This document shows positions 48,188 to 57,072 of a stretch of 57,072 nucleotides of DNA, one piece after another. How positions within the stretch are numbered: the stretch's first letter is position 1; each line of letters starts with the position of its first letter. Position numbers and translations under genes: made by a program. The notes under the pieces were generated by a model. That model saw only the letters and a list, made by a program, of their open reading frames with translations, ran no database searches and had not been told where the DNA came from. The DNA comes from an uncultured Bacilli bacterium (GTDB lineage Bacteria > Bacillota_I > Bacilli_A > RF39 > UBA660), in assembly GCA_947623995.1 (NCBI GenBank), contig CANQIN010000001.1, forward strand, positions 1 to 57,072, written 5' to 3'.

Positions 48188-49309
48188 CTACAATGTTTCT
48201 ACTAAATTTGAATTATTACTTACTACTTGATTAGGAGTATTATTCAAATTCTTATTTGGATCAAATATATCTTCTGGTAAAGTAACACCTGAAATACTTA
48301 AATATTCTCTTAGATGATTAGTAGGATTATTCATCGTAATCTCACCAGTCAAAGTTTTTTGAAATATTGTATTTACTTGTGGCTTATTTTGCTCATCAAC
48401 AAAAAATTCACAAATTTCCATAATTTCACGTTGAAATCTACCTAATTCTTTACTCATATAACCTTTAACATATATACCTAACTGAACATAACGATGAATA
48501 GTTGATAAAAATTGTTCAACATCAACATTACTTTCAATTAAAGCAAACATACGCATCGGTATTAAACTTGCTTTATCAGAGTGAATAGTTGATAAAATAT
48601 GGTGCCCAGAAGATATAGAGTTACGAACAGCCATAACAGCCTCTGCACTACGGACCTCGGAAAGTAATATCCATATTGGATTTTGTCGCATACATGTTAC
48701 CAATACATCACTATAACTAGCGATATTATTAGTTTTCATCGCAATTATATCACGATGAGGAAAAATACGATCTAAATGAAGTTCTAGTGTATCCTCAATA
48801 GTTATTATTTTTTCATTTTCTTTTGTATGAGACGCTAAATACTTAACTAACTCTGTTTTACCTGAACCGGTTTCTCCACTAACAATAATATTAGCATGAC
48901 CTTCTACACATTTAAGCAAAAAATCAAGTAAATTTGCCGAAATATATTGTTCATTAATAAGTTTTTCACGATTTAACCTAATTTTAGCTGGTGTCTTTCT
49001 TATTTGACATGCTATACCGTTAGTGGCAATCGAATCATGAACAAAATTTAAACGTAACTCTGCACTCTCAGCATCCAAAAAGGGATGAGCCATATTAAAT
49101 GTCTTTCCCATAACATTAGCACATTGGAATGCCAATTTTTCTAGCAAAGCATTGTTTATATCCGGTCTATCTACTTGATATACACCTTTATCTAAAGATT
49201 TTAACCACACTTGTCCATTATTACATATTGAAATATCGGTAACATTTTCTTCTCTTAAGAATTCATCAATAGGCCCAAAATCAAGTTGAGAAAATATTGC
49301 ATCATTCAT
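48188..49309 (-). CDS. TadA/CpaF-family secretion ATPase (VirB11-like, type II/IV secretion system protein E superfamily)
   Basis: Walker A IIVSGETGSGKTE, Asp box ITIEDTLEL, Walker B WILLSEVR, His box STIHS. About 370 aa with no N-terminal GspE N1 domain. Confidence 0.8.
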   Translation of the reverse strand: MNDAIFSQLDFGPIDEFLREENVTDISICNNGQVWLKSLDKGVYQVDRPDINNALLEKLAFQCANVMGKTFNMAHPFLDAESAELRLNFVHDSIATNGIACQIRKTPAKIRLNREKLINEQYISANLLDFLLKCVEGHANIIVSGETGSGKTELVKYLASHTKENEKIITIEDTLELHLDRIFPHRDIIAMKTNNIASYSDVLVTCMRQNPIWILLSEVRSAEAVMAVRNSISSGHHILSTIHSDKASLIPMRMFALIESNVDVEQFLSTIHRYVQLGIYVKGYMSKELGRFQREIMEICEFFVDEQNKPQVNTIFQKTLTGEITMNNPTNHLREYLSISGVTLPEDIFDPNKNLNNTPNQVVSNNSNLVETL

Positions 49310-49338
49310 GAATTCACCCCAATTCTCTTATTCTTTTT

Positions 49339-50208
<870 letters not shown>

Positions 50209-50227
50209 TTTTATTCCTCCTTAAATT

Positions 50228-50632
50228 TTAATTAGAATCAAGTTCTAACATTGCATCTACTCTATTAACTATATCAAATGTTTCTGCTCCAGAATTTAAT
50301 TGATATGTATTACTCTTAGTTGTTACTTGGACACTTGCCTTTGGTGGAGATTCATATATTCCATAAAAATCTACTTGATAGGTACTTAATGAAACATTTT
50401 CGGCAAATCGTCTTAAAAAATTCTCTACAAATTTTTCACGATTTATTCTTAACTCTCCACTTTCTCGGTAGTAACCATAGTCGACTGCATCGACCATGGC
50501 TGCCTCCGAAATTTCCTTTAATATGTAATAATCTTGAGTATTTGTTGCTGATACATTTGATATTAACATCATTACTACTATTACAAATACTCCTAATGCT
50601 ATTAACCAATATCCCCAATATGCTTCTTTCAT
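50228..50632 (-). CDS. Pseudopilin-like membrane-anchored protein
   Basis: MKEAYWGYWLIALGVFVIVVMMLISNV has the same M-K-E-A leader class as the pilins, followed by a ~100-aa globular part. Confidence 0.4.
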   Translation of the reverse strand: MKEAYWGYWLIALGVFVIVVMMLISNVSATNTQDYYILKEISEAAMVDAVDYGYYRESGELRINREKFVENFLRRFAENVSLSTYQVDFYGIYESPPKASVQVTTKSNTYQLNSGAETFDIVNRVDAMLELDSN

Positions 50633-50644
50633 TTTTTTATCCTC

Positions 50645-53600
50645 CTACTTCCATGATGGCCCTATTCCATCTTCACGACTTAAAACACAATTACCATTAG
50701 TAATACAATATGACGAATCTAACCATAAAGTAAATTTTGTAGTTTCTTCTCTTGGTTTTAATGAAGTAAAATACTTATTAGTTGTATTATTTAAGAAGGT
50801 ACTTATACATTTTACACTATACGTAATACCATTATAAGTTACTTGTTCACATTGTAATGCATTATTACTATTTAATTCGCCATTACCAAATTCATAACTT
50901 TCAGGCATTGTAGTATTAGAATATGATCCAGCATCCTTATTAAATTGTCTTATAGCACTTAATTGAGCAGGCGTTAATGTATATGAATATTCTGCATTTT
51001 CATATATTGTATCTCCAGCATCCTCAATTTGAGATTTAGTATATTCTGCTTTAACTGTACTCCAATTATACCCCTCTTTACGACAATCAATTGAATTTCC
51101 ATCTTCACATAAATTAGGGAATAGACTATTTAATGAAACAGTACGATATTTAAATGAAGTATTTTCTCCATCAAATATACAATTCTTACAAGTATCTGCA
51201 TCTTTAGTAATAATACAATCATCACCATTACATGATACATCACACTCAGGACAATTATTTACATAAGCACATACATATCCCGTATCTTGACTTAATATAC
51301 CATTATTTTCATTATATTTAGTACATTTTTTTCCATCAGGTAATTTATCATACTCAGTTAAAACACTTACCTGATCTTTTACACCAACTAAACGTCCTAA
51401 TTCACCAGTTTGATTAGACTGTCCAATTTTACTAAATTTCAAAGTAAATGGAAATGCCCCTTTACCAGTTTTAAGCTCTACTGGTAAAGCAGTATCTGGA
51501 AGTCTAGTCCATAAGCAGTCTTTATAAGTAGGATCATTAGAATTCTCACATATAGTTCCAGTTTTAACAGTTCCATATTGATGATATGTGCTAAAGTTTT
51601 GACTTGGAGTATAATAAGCATCTTTTGTTACTGTTTTTTGAATCCATTTAGCTAAACTTAATTTAAATGTATTTGCACTACACCCAGTATTGTTACATGT
51701 AACCGATACAGCATTTTTAAATATATTATCAGGTAATGTATTCTCATTAACTTCAAATTTTTTACTACTATCAACACAATTATATTGTTCATCAGTCTCG
51801 CCTAAACAATAAATATTATCTATTTTAGTATTTACATCACCGACTCTTGAAAATTTACCAGTACCAGATTCTCCATTAAGAAGTTCACTGTAATTATTAT
51901 ATTCAAAACTTATTTCTGGATCAAAATTCATATTATTTTCCCATGTTGAACATTTCTTAAAGGCAGCAACAGAATCAATTACTTGTTGATTAGTTTTTTG
52001 ATATTCTTCTAAGAATTTATTTTTAAATCCTTCAATCTCAGTCTTAGAGATATTAGCTTCAACAGTTTCAGTTGATGTAGTATTTTTAGAATAATCATAA
52101 ACTACATATGTCCAAGTAAATGCTTTTTTAACATTATTTTCTTCATTTGAAATACTTTTAACTGCACTACTTTCAAATAATGTATTCCATTTATTCCATT
52201 CATTCCAATCAGCTGCTAAATCACGATTTAAACTATTTAATTCAGATTCAAATCCTTCAACATCAATTGGTTTATCTGGATTAGTTGCTGAGCTAATATA
52301 ACAATTTCTTGTTCCCGTAATTTTAGTTGATAATGTAAAGTATCCACCACTCATTGAATATCTTGCCGTTGGTACAACAAATTGATAATTTTCATCACAC
52401 CATACTTTACAATATTTATTATTATTAATTTCTGTAGTTGCCTCATATGAAGCATTAGTTTGATCTACTGAATCAATAACGCATCTCTTAACTGGATTAA
52501 CACTACTATTACAATCAGTTTTTTCTAAGTTTATGTCACTAATCGAACCATCCACATTATTATTAGTATCAAAATCATTACATGTACCAGGAACCGAAAC
52601 ACTAGCATTACAATTTGGACATTTTTCTTCATATTCATCACACGCTGGATCATCAGGATCTTCTTCACATGTTTCTTTTAATGTAGGACAATAACATTCA
52701 TCTAAATATTCACTTTCACTACATTCTTCTCCACCTTTATTAGGTTCTTTTTCTTTACAATAATATTTATTTTCATCATTTTCTTCAGGTGTTTCACATA
52801 TATGTAAACATTCTTTATGATATTTATCTTCATTACATACTTCACCATCCTGGCAATAATAAGTTGGTTTACCAGTATTATCATAATCGATATCACAAGA
52901 AGAATTTGCATTTTCACATTTATCTGGGCATTTTAATTCTATTACCCTTGGATCATCTTTTTTAATAATTTGTGAAGTGGTTACATCGTCTACAGTTTCA
53001 TAATAAATATAATCTCCAGTAAATTTTCCGTCTTTTTCTTCACATAAACATTGATCAGATTCATAATTGACAGGAATTTCAGTTTGAATAATATATGAAT
53101 TATTAAAATCTTTAACCAATAACATTTTTTGATGATATGATTGACCAATACTTGGTGTCAATAACATTAAATATGCAGCTGGATTTCTTTGATCAACATA
53201 AGCAGTAGTTACTTTTAATCCATATTTTTGATTTTTTGTTTTACTTGATTCACCATTTGATGTATCTATTTCAACAACATAACGACCTCTATTATCAGAT
53301 ACTTTCTTTTTTGATAAAACGTTACAAGTAAAGCCATACTCACATGTTATATCAAATTTTTTCCATTTTACACTTTCTGGTGCTTTACCAACTTTAGGAG
53401 TTACGTCAAATTTCAAAGTAACAATATTTCCTTCAACTTTGCTGTTAACTAAAATGAAATCCCATTCATCAGTCCATATTGTACCATCATTAACCAAATC
53501 TTCATAAGTTGCAGTTTTATTTTGTATTTTATTTCCATATTTTACAGCATTTGTTGAAATTCTTTGCGCAGCTCTAACATATCTATTATTTTGATTCCAA

Positions 53601-54142
53601 TAAGAAGAATTTTTACGATTATCTTTAGTACTTGTATAAACATATGGATAATTTAATGACGTTACCCCACCAGTATCAAGTTTACCGTAATAATACTCTA
53701 ACCATCTAAAAGTCAAAATACCTACAACTCTACTTTCAGTTGTTGGATTAGCTTTAATTATACCTTCATTTACCATTTGTTGATATGCAACTGTAGCTGC
53801 AACATCAAAAGCTTGATTTGAGCCTTTCTTTTGAGGTGTAATAGTCCTTTCACATATATGAGTTCCATTATTTCTATATGCATTTTTACCAGGAGACATA
53901 CAGAATGTTTGACCATAAGCATTTCTTGTAGTTTTAGATGTAAAAACATCATAAAAGTTTATTCCTCTTCCAGTTTCATTATTGCTACCCACATATCTCA
54001 AATAAAATGTTCCAACGGGACACTTATTGCCTGAACCATTACTAGCCTTAGTAACATTAAAATAAACATCAGCAGCACTAGCATTAATGCTAAGTACTGT
54101 AAATAATATTAAAGCAAACAATATTTTTTTCATTTTTTTCAT
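50645..54142 (-). CDS. 1165-aa secreted Cys-rich protein (candidate pilus-associated adhesin)
   Basis: Sec signal MKKMKKILFALILFTVLSINASA/AD. The central ~200 aa contain roughly 25 Cys in an acidic CxxC/CxC-rich stretch, and there is a second Cys cluster near the C-terminus. No LPxTG motif and no C-terminal TM helix. Confidence 0.6.
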   Translation of the reverse strand: MKKMKKILFALILFTVLSINASAADVYFNVTKASNGSGNKCPVGTFYLRYVGSNNETGRGINFYDVFTSKTTRNAYGQTFCMSPGKNAYRNNGTHICERTITPQKKGSNQAFDVAATVAYQQMVNEGIIKANPTTESRVVGILTFRWLEYYYGKLDTGGVTSLNYPYVYTSTKDNRKNSSYWNQNNRYVRAAQRISTNAVKYGNKIQNKTATYEDLVNDGTIWTDEWDFILVNSKVEGNIVTLKFDVTPKVGKAPESVKWKKFDITCEYGFTCNVLSKKKVSDNRGRYVVEIDTSNGESSKTKNQKYGLKVTTAYVDQRNPAAYLMLLTPSIGQSYHQKMLLVKDFNNSYIIQTEIPVNYESDQCLCEEKDGKFTGDYIYYETVDDVTTSQIIKKDDPRVIELKCPDKCENANSSCDIDYDNTGKPTYYCQDGEVCNEDKYHKECLHICETPEENDENKYYCKEKEPNKGGEECSESEYLDECYCPTLKETCEEDPDDPACDEYEEKCPNCNASVSVPGTCNDFDTNNNVDGSISDINLEKTDCNSSVNPVKRCVIDSVDQTNASYEATTEINNNKYCKVWCDENYQFVVPTARYSMSGGYFTLSTKITGTRNCYISSATNPDKPIDVEGFESELNSLNRDLAADWNEWNKWNTLFESSAVKSISNEENNVKKAFTWTYVVYDYSKNTTSTETVEANISKTEIEGFKNKFLEEYQKTNQQVIDSVAAFKKCSTWENNMNFDPEISFEYNNYSELLNGESGTGKFSRVGDVNTKIDNIYCLGETDEQYNCVDSSKKFEVNENTLPDNIFKNAVSVTCNNTGCSANTFKLSLAKWIQKTVTKDAYYTPSQNFSTYHQYGTVKTGTICENSNDPTYKDCLWTRLPDTALPVELKTGKGAFPFTLKFSKIGQSNQTGELGRLVGVKDQVSVLTEYDKLPDGKKCTKYNENNGILSQDTGYVCAYVNNCPECDVSCNGDDCIITKDADTCKNCIFDGENTSFKYRTVSLNSLFPNLCEDGNSIDCRKEGYNWSTVKAEYTKSQIEDAGDTIYENAEYSYTLTPAQLSAIRQFNKDAGSYSNTTMPESYEFGNGELNSNNALQCEQVTYNGITYSVKCISTFLNNTTNKYFTSLKPREETTKFTLWLDSSYCITNGNCVLSREDGIGPSWK

Positions 54143-54147
54143 TTTAA

Positions 54148-54888
54148 TTACCCCCTAATTTGTTTAATGTCATCGTTTCTTTGCTTTTTTTTGACAATTA
54201 ATATTGTAATTGCAACAATAATTATAATTACAATGATAATTCCAACAGTAAATAACACAAAACTTTGACTATTATTTTCATTTAATTCCAAATCATTGTT
54301 TTTATCATCATTATTTACGTTATTATTTAAATCTAACTCATCTTCATTAATAGGAGTTGTAATATATCTTTGACAATAATATGAATCATTATTATTACAC
54401 ACAGTTTGATCAGCTAGACTATTATACATTGGAGTTGTAACATTAATCGTTCTTAATTCTTGATTACCACATTCTGAAACATCTGAATAAATTGTTAAAG
54501 TATAATTTCTTATAGTGCTTAAATCCGGAACTTCGTAAGTAAAAGAACCATTTTTTAAATCTTGAAAATGATATTCTTTGTTAATACCATCATCATTATT
54601 ATAAAAAACAACATAAACTTTATCTGATACATTATTAACATTTATGATTGCCTTATCAATTAAACCATATTCTCCAAGTTCAGATAATTCAACATCTTCA
54701 GGCGCAATTTCAGGATGTATATTTCCATATGTATCAACCACTGAAGTTTCCAATGTATAATTCATTGTAACATTAGACGAAGCTGCATTAATTTCAAGTT
54801 GTGACTTATTATCACATTCTGCATTAACTTTGTCAAGAGAAAAAATCAAACTCAAAACAATAAATACATACATTTTAGCCTTTTTCAT
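54148..54888 (-). CDS. Type-I membrane protein (signal peptide + ~190-aa ectodomain + C-terminal TM anchor)
   Basis: MKKAKMYVFIVLSLIFSLDKVNA/E. C-terminal FVLFTVGIIIVIIIIVAITILIVKKKQR. It is the first gene of the locus, 5 nt upstream of the 1165-aa gene. Confidence 0.55.
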   Translation of the reverse strand: MKKAKMYVFIVLSLIFSLDKVNAECDNKSQLEINAASSNVTMNYTLETSVVDTYGNIHPEIAPEDVELSELGEYGLIDKAIINVNNVSDKVYVVFYNNDDGINKEYHFQDLKNGSFTYEVPDLSTIRNYTLTIYSDVSECGNQELRTINVTTPMYNSLADQTVCNNNDSYYCQRYITTPINEDELDLNNNVNNDDKNNDLELNENNSQSFVLFTVGIIIVIIIIVAITILIVKKKQRNDDIKQIRG

Positions 54889-54913
54889 TTTTCACCAACC
54901 CATTCGCAACTCT

Positions 54914-54942
54914 ATTGTATCAAAAATGATTTGTATTTTCAA
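54914..54942 (-). promoter_or_regulatory. Candidate promoter of the Tad-like locus
   Basis: Minus strand reads TTGAAA (54942-54937), 17 nt ending TGA, TACAAT (54919-54914), about 25 nt before the ATG at 54888. Confidence 0.45.
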
Positions 54943-55191
54943 TATCAAATCCTATATCCTAAAAATAAAATTGAAAGTTCCCGTATTTTTAAATATGGGA
55001 AGTAAGCTATTCAAAAATCGAAAATTAAAGTCTACAAAAAATAGAACAATAATATAAATATTAATATACTAATTTTTAAAATACTCTTAAAAATCAATTT
55101 ATTCATTTTAATTGCTCACATTATTAGCAATTATTTAAATTATGTTCTTTAACGGTTTAAAAAAATTTATCAAAAAAAATGCTCTTTTTAG

Positions 55192-55220
55192 TTGAAATAA
55201 TAAACCTTTTTTGATATTAT
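55192..55220 (+). promoter_or_regulatory. Promoter for tRNA-Gly
   Basis: TTGAAA (55192-55197), 17 nt ending TGA, TATTAT (55215-55220), 8 nt before the tRNA. Confidence 0.45.
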
Positions 55221-55228
55221 TGGATTAT

Positions 55229-55303
55229 GCAGGTGTGGTTCAGTGGCTAGAATGCGACCTTGCCAAGGTTGAGACGGGAGTTCGATTCTCCTCACTTGCT
55301 CCA
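55229..55303 (+). tRNA. tRNA-Gly (GCC), CCA encoded
   Basis: 75-nt cloverleaf: acceptor GCAGGTG/CACTTGC, anticodon arm CGACC-TTGCCAA-GGTTG, 4-nt variable loop, T-loop TTCGATT. Confidence 0.9.
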
Positions 55304-55343
55304 ATGACGAATCTGTTCGAACTTTTCGGACATTGATATATAG

Positions 55344-55369
55344 AAATCAATCGAAAGATTGATTTTTTT
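55344..55369 (+). terminator. Intrinsic terminator after tRNA-Gly
   Basis: AAATCAATC-gaaa-GATTGATTT followed by TTTT. Confidence 0.65.
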
Positions 55370-55437
55370 GTGTTCTAACCCACGTTAATAGCTTGGAAGA
55401 CATACAAAGAAATCATCCTAAAGGAAGGATGGTGTTT

Positions 55438-55713
55438 ATGATTAAGATACTTAAGCAGGAAATACCCTTTGAAAAGTCTTTAAAACAAAGATTAGAATTT
55501 ATTTGTGAGTTTTGTAAGACGACTCCTACTTTTATTAACGGCAGTATTAGAAAAATTGATAAATCTAATCTTAATTATGTAGAACCTCATAGAATTATTA
55601 TCAAAGGTATAACATTTCTTGCATTTAATTATTCTACTGTTATTTATATTAAAAATTTGAAAAATAAAATTGAGTTATCAGATTTAGAAGAATATATCAA
55701 TAAAATCAAGTAA
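55438..55713 (+). CDS. Hypothetical small protein
   Basis: ORF with AAAGGAAGG 9 nt before the ATG at 55438; the ORF-track TTG at 55393 is less likely. No motif recognised. Possibly cargo of the adjacent element. Confidence 0.35.
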   Translation: MIKILKQEIPFEKSLKQRLEFICEFCKTTPTFINGSIRKIDKSNLNYVEPHRIIIKGITFLAFNYSTVIYIKNLKNKIELSDLEEYINKIK

Positions 55714-55807
55714 TACACCACTTCCTAGACAATGGACTTTTTACGACAAATGTTGTATAATTAATATAGATGGTAACCTAGTTACCAAGAGTCTTACAAT
55801 GTAGTTT

Positions 55808-55856
55808 AGAGAAGTGAAAGTATTATTTTATAGTAGTACCTTTACTTCTCTTTTTT
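55808..55856 (+). terminator. Long hairpin plus T-run
   Basis: AGAGAAGTGAAAG...CTTTACTTCTCT (one bulge) followed by TTTTT, ending 32 nt before the recombinase start. Confidence 0.55.
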
Positions 55857-55888
55857 GAATTTAAAATAAGAAAAGGAGATGATTTTAG

Positions 55889-57072
<1,184 letters not shown>

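Noticed and set aside
54830-55057. 75-aa plus-strand ORF across the start of the 246-aa gene and its promoter region.
   Set aside because: It overlaps the start and upstream promoter of the first Tad-locus gene. No RBS, and the composition is AT-driven.

Overview
This 57 kb window comes from a very AT-rich, monoderm (Bacillota-type) chromosome. It uses the standard genetic code and is spore-forming (cotJ operon). Almost all genes are on the minus strand.

The housekeeping backbone includes recG, lysS with a T-box leader, ligA, pcrA, trmL, a Ca-type P-type ATPase, a MacB-like ABC transporter, a GH3 hydrolase and four tRNAs (Met, His, Asn, Gly). Several accessory modules are interleaved with it:

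1. **Defence islet (13.7-19.4 kb), between tRNA-Asn and recG.** It holds a DUF4268/PD-(D/E)xK-like gene and a tightly coupled three-gene operon: abiEi, abiEii, and an archaeo-eukaryotic-primase::SF2-helicase fusion. The cassettes are separated by three copies of a roughly 55-nt terminator-containing repeat. A 22-bp inverted repeat overlaps the operon promoter.
2. **Tad-like (type IVc) pilus locus (40.0-54.9 kb, about 14.8 kb).** It encodes TadZ/TadA/TadB/TadC/CpaB-like proteins, three tandem short Cys-containing pilin paralogues, three pseudopilin-like proteins sharing an unusual M-[KR]-E-A-x-G leader, an embedded GT2 + YfhO glycosylation pair, and a 1165-aa Cys-rich secreted protein. No prepilin peptidase is present. 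This is my best candidate for the undescribed system, together with the AbiE-primase-helicase operon.
3. **G10 homopolymer in a promoter spacer.** The tract sits between a consensus -35 and -10 upstream of a large secreted FGE-sulfatase-like protein. The 3' end of that gene is an abrupt ~50% GC patch.
4. **Large serine recombinase gene (55889 to the window edge).** It has a TTG start, is truncated by the window and is absent from the ORF track. It lies just past tRNA-Gly and marks the start of a mobile element.

No CRISPR array or rRNA was seen. All family assignments come from motif recognition by eye and need HMM or structure searches to confirm.
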